Origin: Candidatus Woesearchaeota archaeon
GTDB lineage: Archaea > Nanobdellota > Nanobdellia > Pacearchaeales > GW2011-AR1
Length of the DNA: 55,701 nt
Assembly: GCA_964545065.1 (NCBI GenBank)
Contig: CAZJEO010000003.1
Location: 1 to 55,701, forward strand
Direction: 5' to 3'
Part shown: piece after piece, positions 26,329 to 33,809 of the stretch
Position numbering within the stretch: the stretch's first letter is position 1
Layout of the letters: every line of letters begins with the position of its first letter
Made by a program: the position numbers and the translations under genes
The notes under the pieces: generated by a model
What the model was told of the DNA's origin: nothing
Seen by the model: only the letters and a program-made list of their open reading frames with translations
Databases searched by the model: none

Positions 26329-27108
26329 TCAATCGCCCATAGCCTTCTCAAATAAAGATGCGAAAGCTTCTGCGAAAAAACTTGAGTTAAGCCAAATTGC
26401 AATATCTTCGTTTCCAAGTTCTTTTTTTGATAAGTAAAATAAGATTTCTTTTCTGTCAATTATGAAAAACTTTGTATCAATTTCTATTCTTTTTATTTTG
26501 ATTGAGAATTTTTTTTCTATTTCCTTGATTAATATTTCATCTCCTGATAAGGCTATTTTTAGTTTTACATCTGATTTTTTCAAATGTTCAAAAGTTTGAT
26601 AGAAAAGCTTTGCTTTTGATTTTATTTCATCAGCGTTTGTGCAAATTATAACTTCCTTGTTTGCTTCTTTGATTATTTCTCTTAAGAAATTTGAAATAGT
26701 AGATTTTCCTTTTAAAGATGCAGATATGTCTTCTCTTTTAACAGGGTTTATTCCCCCTTTGTAAAGTTCTTCAAGTTTCATGAATTCATCTGTATCTTTA
26801 ATTTTTGCAAGAGTGTTGATTTTTTCTTGTGCGTCTTTTCTTACCTTGTTCTTTAATCTTTCAAGAATCATCTTGGGTTTAATTCCAATATATTTTATTG
26901 GCTTGCCAATTTTGATTATTGCAAATCCTTTTTTCTCTAAACTTTCAAGAACATCATATGCTCTGCTTCTTGGAACTTGTGAAAGGCTTGCAACTTCTCC
27001 TGCTGAAGCAACTCCTTTTGAAATCAAAGCTAACCAAACCTTTGTTTCATAGACATTCAAGTCAAAATAATCTTTGATTTTATTGATTGATTCTTGTTTA
27101 ATTATCAT
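26329..27108 (-). CDS. TrmB-family transcriptional regulator
   Basis: N-terminal wHTH is FDLNVYETKVWLALISKGVASAGEVASLSQVPRSRAYDVLESLEKKGF, typical of TrmB. Length is 259 aa. Confidence 0.8.
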   Translation of the reverse strand: MIIKQESINKIKDYFDLNVYETKVWLALISKGVASAGEVASLSQVPRSRAYDVLESLEKKGFAIIKIGKPIKYIGIKPKMILERLKNKVRKDAQEKINTLAKIKDTDEFMKLEELYKGGINPVKREDISASLKGKSTISNFLREIIKEANKEVIICTNADEIKSKAKLFYQTFEHLKKSDVKLKIALSGDEILIKEIEKKFSIKIKRIEIDTKFFIIDRKEILFYLSKKELGNEDIAIWLNSSFFAEAFASLFEKAMGD

Positions 27109-27128
27109 AATTTACACAGAAATAATCC

Positions 27129-27138
27129 TTTTATAAAT
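27129..27138 (-). promoter_or_regulatory. TATA-box candidate for trmB-like gene
   Basis: The minus strand reads ATTTATAAAA, centred ~26 nt upstream of the start at 27108. Confidence 0.45.
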
Positions 27139-27171
27139 CTTTTGAATGTTACTTTTGTTGAGTGGGAACAA

Positions 27172-28104
27172 TTAGAAGATTAAATAACTAAGAATCATTC
27201 CCAATAAAATCCCTGCTGTTATGAAAGGCATTGCAGGATAGAATTTATTTTTATCTGAAAAAAAGGACAAGTAACCTAAACCAAGAAGTGCTCCTGAGAT
27301 TACAAATATTGCTGGGAAAAATCCTCCAATGAAGCTTTTCAATCCAAAAGGCATTATCACTGTAGTTGTCTTGAATACAACTCCTGCGGCTATCAAAGGG
27401 AATACGACATCGCCACCTCCAAGAATTGCAACATTGATTTTTATTTTTTTCTTTTCTTTTGATTTGGATTTTCTTAATTTTTTTATTTTCATTCTTACTT
27501 TTTTTGAAATATGCGGAATCATAAAGCCTCCAAAAGCTTTTACCTTATTGATTTGGAATTTTGCCATTTTTTGCATGATTCCTGAATGCCAAACTGCCCA
27601 TATATCATAAACAGAAATTAGTGCTAATAGAATGAGGATTGTCCAGAAACTTAAGATTGGAACAAAGATGGCTGCAATACCAGGGTAAACCAAAAGTTCT
27701 GTTGCATTATGAACTATGAAATTTCTTTTGAAGACTTTGAAAAATGCTAAGGGAAGTGCAATGGCTAGGGCAATCCATGCAGCATAAGTAATTTTAATTG
27801 GAAAAAATGACGTAATCGTAATTCCTAATGCTAGAGTAATCACCAAAAAAAACCATACCCTTAGAATAAATTCTGCTTTTATTTTCGTTAATAAAAAAAG
27901 AAGTGCTATTGCAATTACAAATGCAAAAAGTATTGCATAGAAAAAATTTCTGTAATCTGAAGCTTTTTCAACCTCGGGTGTTTCTAATCCAAACGGAAGT
28001 TCATTTTTTTCTCGAACATAATGGTCGATAACATAAAGTCCGATAAACTGTGTTAAAAGAAACATTATTAGAATAATTGCAGTAATTTTTATATTGTGTT
28101 TCAT
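27172..28104 (-). CDS. Presenilin/signal-peptide-peptidase-like GxGD intramembrane aspartyl protease
   Basis: It is polytopic. YD is at ISVYDIW (D167) and GxGD at AILGGGDVV (D232), separated by a K-rich loop. A PAL-like FYPAMPF lies near the C-terminus. The spacing resembles the archaeal presenilin homologue PSH. Confidence 0.7.
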   Translation of the reverse strand: MKHNIKITAIILIMFLLTQFIGLYVIDHYVREKNELPFGLETPEVEKASDYRNFFYAILFAFVIAIALLFLLTKIKAEFILRVWFFLVITLALGITITSFFPIKITYAAWIALAIALPLAFFKVFKRNFIVHNATELLVYPGIAAIFVPILSFWTILILLALISVYDIWAVWHSGIMQKMAKFQINKVKAFGGFMIPHISKKVRMKIKKLRKSKSKEKKKIKINVAILGGGDVVFPLIAAGVVFKTTTVIMPFGLKSFIGGFFPAIFVISGALLGLGYLSFFSDKNKFYPAMPFITAGILLGMILSYLIF

Positions 28105-28193
28105 TTGAAAACAACCTGGCGGTTTTTTTCGATTTTCCCTCTAATTGCGGAAAGGTGGCATCTTTTCATTGCCTCCGCCGGATACCACATAAA
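28105..28193 (-). repeat. Conserved 5'-leader block, copy 1 of 2 (upstream of presenilin-like gene)
   Basis: The core 28134-28190 is 51/57 identical (hand alignment, no gaps) to 43021-43077. It lies between the upstream gene stop and ATG 28104. On the minus strand the arms GUGGUAUC/GAUGCCAC can pair. Confidence 0.8.
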
Positions 28194-28282
28194 ATTTATT
28201 TTCACCATCTTTATTAAAAATAAGAAAAAGAAGTTTTTAAAGTTGTTTAGATTGATTATGAGAGAATTTAATATTTAGAAAA

Positions 28283-29413
28283 TTATACTGTTCCTGGACC
28301 GTATGGTTTTATTTCCCACCCATATACATGTCTAACATCATCCCACCAGCAGAATAGAATACAAGTTTTGTCTTGGCACGTAGCTTCTCTCCATGAACCA
28401 CCTAGTATTCCTGCATTAGCGGGGTCTGCATTAGGATATTCATGAGACCAAAATGTCCAGGTTCCTGATCCTGCAGCAGTACTTCTAGCAGTAAATATGT
28501 TCTCTCTTAATTTTGTAGAACAAGCCCTTGTTCCATAACCTATCCCGGACTCTTCTAAAAGCTCATAAGGAGGGAAACAACCATACCACCATTCACCGCT
28601 ATCTCTATCATATTTAGTAGTACATCCTTTTCCAGAACTACCCTCACAATAACCTATGCCATTGCATGCTTTAGATTCTCCACTTCCACAAGGAGTTCCT
28701 CTTTGGGCTATATTAGTAATTATACTACATGAAGATGGGACACATTCTCCCAGATCATCACAATAATTAGTCACATCCTGATAATCTCTACAAACACTGT
28801 CAGCTGTATCACAGCTCCGAGTTCCACAAGATGTGCCTGCTTGTGCAATTTCTGCTCCAATACAAGTTGTTCCACCACATGCAATTGTTCCTTCAGTCAT
28901 ACAAACATCACCGCCGCAAGGGTCTCCTGCGCCATCAACACAACTAAAATCACCATCATCTATTGCATTCTGCAGATTTTTGCCAACACTATTCACAGTT
29001 ACTTCAACTTCTGTTGCAGGATGTCCTTGAGAAGGAGATGAAGATGATGAGGATATTGTTCCAGTGCCCTTGAAATAATTTTGGTCTATTGCATCTTGCA
29101 TAGTTACATCATAACTATTGATTGTAAGAATAATTTCACTTGCAAGATGATAAGCATCTGGGAATTCTGCTTCTGAAAGACAAGTTGTTGGAGCCACAGT
29201 TTCTTTAAGCCATTCATTATTTATTGCATCCTGCAAAGTTACATCACAACTATTTATTGTAAGGATAATTTCATTTGATGTATGCCCCCCGCCTGTTGCA
29301 TTTATAAAAGCATAAACTCCAACTACAGTGATTAATAGAATTCCGATTATGATTAAAGTATAAAGAAACCTCTTTGATATATGTCTTTTAGATTTCTTGC
29401 CACTCTTTTTCAT
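28283..29413 (-). CDS. Membrane-anchored secreted protein with tandem repeats and Cys/Trp-rich C-terminal domain
   Basis: The N-terminal anchor is FLYTLIIIGILLITVVGVYAF. Repeats are EIILTINS.DVT.QDAI (x2) plus one degenerate copy. The C-terminal ~230 aa is Cys-rich. Confidence 0.55.
   Translation of the reverse strand: MKKSGKKSKRHISKRFLYTLIIIGILLITVVGVYAFINATGGGHTSNEIILTINSCDVTLQDAINNEWLKETVAPTTCLSEAEFPDAYHLASEIILTINSYDVTMQDAIDQNYFKGTGTISSSSSSPSQGHPATEVEVTVNSVGKNLQNAIDDGDFSCVDGAGDPCGGDVCMTEGTIACGGTTCIGAEIAQAGTSCGTRSCDTADSVCRDYQDVTNYCDDLGECVPSSCSIITNIAQRGTPCGSGESKACNGIGYCEGSSGKGCTTKYDRDSGEWWYGCFPPYELLEESGIGYGTRACSTKLRENIFTARSTAAGSGTWTFWSHEYPNADPANAGILGGSWREATCQDKTCILFCWWDDVRHVYGWEIKPYGPGTV
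29086..29278 (-). repeat. Intragenic ~57-nt direct repeats (two close copies, ~135 nt apart)
   Basis: Compare attgcatcttgcatagttacatcataactattgattgtaagaataatttca (29088-) with attgcatcctgcaaagttacatcacaactatttattgtaaggataatttca (29222-). Confidence 0.8.
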
Positions 29414-29434
29414 AATGTATTATATGGAAAGAAG

Positions 29435-29446
29435 TTTTTAAATATT
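29435..29446 (-). promoter_or_regulatory. TATA-box candidate for 28283..29413 gene
   Basis: The minus strand reads AATATTTAAAAA, centred ~28 nt upstream of the start at 29413. Confidence 0.45.
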
Positions 29447-29450
29447 GTTA

Positions 29451-31334
29451 CTATCTTAAACGTAAGGTTTCCAATGTACGGGGAACATTTGTTTCAACAT
29501 GGTTGAGTTTGTATAATGCTGAAGCGAGGTCGAGGGATTTTGAAACTTCTCCGTGGTTTATCATGATTCTTTTTGGTCGTGGTTTCATGTTGTTGAAAAA
29601 TGAGAGGATTTCGTTTCTTCCTGCGTGGGCACTGAATCCAGTTATTGTATTTATTTCTATATTTATTTCGACTCTTTCTTCTCTTCCATTGACCATCATT
29701 GTTGTTGACTTGATCCCTTCTTGCACTTGCCTTCCAAGACTTCCAGGCCCTTGATAACAAACAAACATTATTGAGTTGTTTTTGTTGCCTGCAAATTCTT
29801 TGAAGTATTCTACTGAAGCTCCTCCGACCAACATACCTGAAGTTGCAAGAACAATGCATGGTCCGCCTTCAACTACGTTTTTTCTTTCTTGGGGCGAACC
29901 TACCCTTGAAAAAACATCTGAGACAAAAGGATTGTTGTCCTGGAATATGTCTCCTCTTACTTTATTGCTTAGGAAATCTGGGTAAGCTGTATGAATTGCG
30001 TTGATATCCCAAATCATTCCATCAATGTAAATTGGAATTTTTTCTAATTTTCCTGTTCTTATTGCATCTTCTAAAATTAACATTGTCTCTTGTGCACGGC
30101 CTAATCCTAATTCTGGAATTAAAATTTTCCCCCCCCTCTTTATTGTTTTTTTTATGAATTCTATAATCTCTTCTTCAACTTCTGCTCTTGGAGCGAAAAC
30201 ATCATCCCTTGAACCATAAGTTGATTCTGTAATTACTGACTCTACTCTTGGGAACATTGCTACTGCTGGATCTAAAAGTCTTGAACGTCCGTACTTGTAA
30301 TCTCCTGAATAAAGAAGATTGTGTAAACCATTTCCAATGTTTAAATGAACTAATGATCCTCCAAGAACATGCCCTGAATTATAAAAAGTAATTCTCACAT
30401 CAGGTGTCACATCTGTAACTTCGTTGTAGTTCAAACAGATGCTGTGTTTTACCATTTCTTTTACGTCCTTTGAATCGAACAAGGGTTTTGCTGCTTGTTT
30501 GTATGCTACTCCAATAAAATCAAGTGCAAGCAATGCTGCAATGTCTCTTGTTGGGGGAGTCATATACACTGGACCTTTGTATCCCATTTTGTATAAGTAA
30601 GGAAGCAAACCTACATGATCTAAATGTGCGTGACTGATTATGACTGCATCAAGTTGAGAAATATCAAATTCAGGAACATTGAAGTAAGGGAATTTGTTGC
30701 TGTTTTGTGCTGCTACGTCAACTCCGCAATCAAGTAAAATTTTTGAGTTTGGTGTTTGTAACAACATGCAACTTCTTCCAACTTGTCGTGCTCCACCTAA
30801 GAAAGTTAACCTTACCCATTCTTCAACTTTTTCTGGATTCCATTCATTGTAAATTTTTTCTCCAATTGAATTCAGAAATTTTCTTCGATAATTATTATTT
30901 GCGTATAAAACTTCTCTTACACTTTCTGTAATTTTACTTTTTATTGCAGGCGACCTTTGAACTTGGGGCATCCAAAAAGTTTTTCTTCTTATTTCTTCGA
31001 GAATGCTTCCTTGTTTTCCAATAACCATTCCAGGTCTTTTTGCTTCTATGAGCACAATACTTCTGTGAGCATCAAAAATAATATTTGTTATTTCTGCATC
31101 TTGAGGAACTATTTTTCTTATTTCTTCTTCTGTTTGGGGTTGTTCGCGCAAAATCTTTGGGTCTGCTCTTAATTCAATTCTTTTTTTTATTTGCCCAACT
31201 ATTTCTTTTATTTTTGGTCCGCCTTCTTTGAAAAAAGTTGCATTATTTGTATAAAGAACTATATTTGCTCCCTCAAAACTCGCTTCAGTTATATCTTCTT
31301 TTAACTGTTCAATTATGTTTTTTAAAATGTCCAT
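29451..31334 (-). CDS. aCPSF1 / FttA-type beta-CASP ribonuclease with N-terminal KH domains
   Basis: It is 627 aa with an N-terminal KH-like region (MVIGKQGSILEEIRRKT). The metallo-beta-lactamase motif is ISHAHLDHVG, followed by a beta-CASP C-terminal part. Confidence 0.9.
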   Translation of the reverse strand: MDILKNIIEQLKEDITEASFEGANIVLYTNNATFFKEGGPKIKEIVGQIKKRIELRADPKILREQPQTEEEIRKIVPQDAEITNIIFDAHRSIVLIEAKRPGMVIGKQGSILEEIRRKTFWMPQVQRSPAIKSKITESVREVLYANNNYRRKFLNSIGEKIYNEWNPEKVEEWVRLTFLGGARQVGRSCMLLQTPNSKILLDCGVDVAAQNSNKFPYFNVPEFDISQLDAVIISHAHLDHVGLLPYLYKMGYKGPVYMTPPTRDIAALLALDFIGVAYKQAAKPLFDSKDVKEMVKHSICLNYNEVTDVTPDVRITFYNSGHVLGGSLVHLNIGNGLHNLLYSGDYKYGRSRLLDPAVAMFPRVESVITESTYGSRDDVFAPRAEVEEEIIEFIKKTIKRGGKILIPELGLGRAQETMLILEDAIRTGKLEKIPIYIDGMIWDINAIHTAYPDFLSNKVRGDIFQDNNPFVSDVFSRVGSPQERKNVVEGGPCIVLATSGMLVGGASVEYFKEFAGNKNNSIMFVCYQGPGSLGRQVQEGIKSTTMMVNGREERVEINIEINTITGFSAHAGRNEILSFFNNMKPRPKRIMINHGEVSKSLDLASALYKLNHVETNVPRTLETLRLR

Positions 31335-31362
31335 ATTAGACTCGTTATTGCTCGTGATTGAT

Positions 31363-31405
31363 TGCTCACAACAGACTTCTTGTTCGCTAAAAATTTAGTT
31401 AATGA
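31363..31405 (+). repeat. Intergenic motif shared with 13058-13106
   Basis: See 13058-13106. It lies in the 117-nt gap between the psmB stop and the aCPSF1 start, preceded by TTGCTCGTGA/TTGCTCACAA direct half-repeats. Confidence 0.6.
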
Positions 31406-31451
31406 AAAAATTTTCATTTTATTATCTTATTTTGATTATCTAATTACAAAT

Positions 31452-32117
31452 TTATGCAGTTTTATCTTTGTATTCTGGAACTATCTCTTGGTCAACGACC
31501 TTTTTTATCCCCTCTTTTGTTAAAGTGAAAATGTCTATACCATATCCAGAACCAATGTCTCTTTGTGTTGCTGATTTTAGAGCTTCTGTTGCTAACTCTA
31601 CTCCTTCTTTGACTGTCATTCCTTCTTTGAATTGTCTTTCAAGAAGTCCGAGAACATAAGGCATTCCAGAACCAAAGTTTGCATCGAAATCCTCTACCTT
31701 TTTTATTCCTCCTGCAGGATCAATAGAATAAACTTCTGCAGAGCCATCTTCATTTACTCCTCCAATTAAACTTCCAACTGTGAATTGTAACATTGATGGT
31801 TGTCTCATTGAGTGGTAAATTATTGTTGCTGATAAGCTCGCTGCTTGTTTTACTGTTGGTCTTGATTTTGTTCTAAGTTCTTTTAATCTTAATTCTGCTG
31901 CAGTTAATTTAATTGATTTTTGTATGTCTGCAACCATTCCTGTTCCAGCAAAAAGAATATAATCATTAATTTTCACTATTTTTTCAGAATCTTTGTGCAT
32001 TACAATTGTTCCGGCTGTGCTTTGCTTGTCAGCCGCCATTACAACCCCGTCTTTGCAAACGATTCCTAGAATTGTTGTTCCTGTTTTCAAAATTGAATTT
32101 TTTAATTCAGCATCCAT
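31452..32117 (-). CDS. psmB: Proteasome subunit beta
   Basis: The propeptide is followed by G/TTILGIVCKDGVVMAADKQ (catalytic Thr context). Length is 221 aa. Confidence 0.9.
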   Translation of the reverse strand: MDAELKNSILKTGTTILGIVCKDGVVMAADKQSTAGTIVMHKDSEKIVKINDYILFAGTGMVADIQKSIKLTAAELRLKELRTKSRPTVKQAASLSATIIYHSMRQPSMLQFTVGSLIGGVNEDGSAEVYSIDPAGGIKKVEDFDANFGSGMPYVLGLLERQFKEGMTVKEGVELATEALKSATQRDIGSGYGIDIFTLTKEGIKKVVDQEIVPEYKDKTA

Positions 32118-32219
32118 TTTAATATTCTTAGAATAACTTATGATTTTTAGGAGTTAATGGGGTTTATAAGTTTTTTGGAAGAAGGTTAGATTTATTAAAC
32201 ATAAACTTTATCCAAATAG

Positions 32220-33809
32220 ATGGAAAAAATAAAAGAATTTTTAGAGAAAGAAAATAAAGAGATTCAAAAATTAGCTAAAAATGTTTGTTCTTCATACTGG
32301 AACGCTATAATTTCTGGAGAGGGAGAGAGATATAAAGAATATGAAAAAGATAGTATTGAATATAAAAATTATTTTAATGATAAAGAGAGGTTTGAAAAAG
32401 TTAAGAAGTTTTTAGAGAGTGTTGTGGATCCTTTACAAAAGAGACAACTGGATATTCTTTATTTGTCCTATTTAGGGAGCCAAGGAGATAGGGATTTAAT
32501 GAGGAAAATAATTGAAAAAGAGGCTAAGATAGAGCAGGCTTTCAATACTTTTAGGGCAAAAGTAGGAGATAAAGAATTAACAGATAATGAGATAAAAGAA
32601 ATTTTGCAAAATGAAACAGATTCCAATAAACTCAAACAGGCCTGGGAAGCAAGTAAGAAACAAGGAGAAGCTGTTGAAAAAGAATTGATTGAACTTGTGA
32701 AGTTAAGAAATGAATTCGCAAGAAGTCTTGGATTTGAAAATTATTATGTCATGTCTTTAGAACTGGATGAGCAAACAGAAAAAGAGATTGAAGACATTTT
32801 CATCAAAATGGAAGAAGCAACTGCCGAACCTTTTAAGAAATTGAAAAATGAAATAGATGATGTTTCTTCTAAAAAATATGAAATAGAAAAAAGTGAATTA
32901 AAACCCTGGCATTATCAGAATTTATTTTTTCAAGAAGCTCCAAATATTTATGATTCGGATTTAGGTGAAACCTATAATAAAGATGTTATTAATATATCTC
33001 GGAAATTTTATGAAGACGCTGGACTTGATGTAAAAGACATTTTGGAGAAAAGTGATTTATATGAAAAACCAGGGAAATATCAACATGCTTGTTGTATTGA
33101 TATGGATAAGGGAGGAGATGTAAGGATTGTTCAAAGTGTAAAAAATAATGAATATTGGGCAGGAGTAAGTTTACATGAATTAGGACATGCTGTTTATTGT
33201 AAAGGTTATTCTCAAACTTCCTTGCCCTTTTTATTGAAAGACAGTTCTCATACTTTCACTACAGAAGCTATAGCTCTTTTGTTTGAAAGAAATATAAAAA
33301 ATATTTTATTTCTCAAAAAATATTATGGACTTAGAGATGAAGAATTAGACAGACTTGAAACACAAATAAAAAAAAGTCTGCAAGCTGAACAATTGGTTTT
33401 TGCAAGGTGGTCACAAGTTATGTTTAATTTTGAGAGAGAATTATACAAAAATCCTGAGCAGGACTTAAACAAATTGTGGTGGAATCTTGTAAAAAAATAC
33501 CAAGGGATTGATTTTTATAGAAACAAACCAGATTGGGCTTCAAAAATACATTTAGCAGATGCTCCTGTTTATTATCATAATTATCTTTTAGGAAAAATTC
33601 TTGCGTCACAATTAAATAATTATATTGTTCGAAATATCCTAAAAGAAGGGAACATTAAAAATTCTGATTATTCAGATAAAAAGGTTGGAGAGTATTTGAA
33701 TAAAGAAATTTTTGTTCACGGCAAAAAATATAGGTGGGATAAACTTATTAGAAATTCTAGTGAAGAAAAATTAACCCCAAAATATTTTATTGAAGAATTT
33801 TGTAATTAA
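32220..33809 (+). CDS. Gluzincin metallopeptidase, ACE (M2)-like
   Basis: HELGH has a downstream TEAIA 25 residues after the second His (compare HEMGH...HEAIG in ACE). WEASKKQGEAVEKELIELVKLRNEFARSLGFENYY resembles the ACE-family N-terminal region. Confidence 0.55.
   Translation: MEKIKEFLEKENKEIQKLAKNVCSSYWNAIISGEGERYKEYEKDSIEYKNYFNDKERFEKVKKFLESVVDPLQKRQLDILYLSYLGSQGDRDLMRKIIEKEAKIEQAFNTFRAKVGDKELTDNEIKEILQNETDSNKLKQAWEASKKQGEAVEKELIELVKLRNEFARSLGFENYYVMSLELDEQTEKEIEDIFIKMEEATAEPFKKLKNEIDDVSSKKYEIEKSELKPWHYQNLFFQEAPNIYDSDLGETYNKDVINISRKFYEDAGLDVKDILEKSDLYEKPGKYQHACCIDMDKGGDVRIVQSVKNNEYWAGVSLHELGHAVYCKGYSQTSLPFLLKDSSHTFTTEAIALLFERNIKNILFLKKYYGLRDEELDRLETQIKKSLQAEQLVFARWSQVMFNFERELYKNPEQDLNKLWWNLVKKYQGIDFYRNKPDWASKIHLADAPVYYHNYLLGKILASQLNNYIVRNILKEGNIKNSDYSDKKVGEYLNKEIFVHGKKYRWDKLIRNSSEEKLTPKYFIEEFCN

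Noticed and set aside
26277-26459. 60-aa ORF overlapping the 3' end of the TrmB-like gene
   Set aside because: It is on the same strand in an alternative frame within a well-supported CDS, with no independent signals.
27172-28104. Assigning the GxGD membrane protease as the missing prepilin peptidase (PibD/FlaK/EppA)
   Set aside because: A24 peptidases have both Asp residues in the N-terminal ~80 aa. Here the pattern is YD(167)...GGGD(232)...PAM with a basic loop, which fits presenilin/SPP (A22) instead.
28134-28190. Core of the leader block looks like a CRISPR repeat (about 34 nt, palindromic ends GTGGTATC...GATGCCAC)
   Set aside because: Only single copies occur, 15 kb apart. There is no repeat-spacer periodicity and no cas genes anywhere in the window.
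28105-28193. Conserved 25-29-codon uORF (MWYP[AS]EAMKRCH...) as a bona fide micro-protein gene
   Set aside because: It is not called as a CDS. All six substitutions in the shared 19 codons are non-synonymous, and the C-terminal parts differ through indels. This is the opposite of a purifying-selection pattern. It is kept only as a hypothesis inside the finding.
28096-28278. Plus-strand 60-aa ORF over leader block 1, and ORF 43150..43404 (-) near block 2
   Set aside because: They have low-complexity products, overlap the conserved non-coding block, and have no promoter or SD context.
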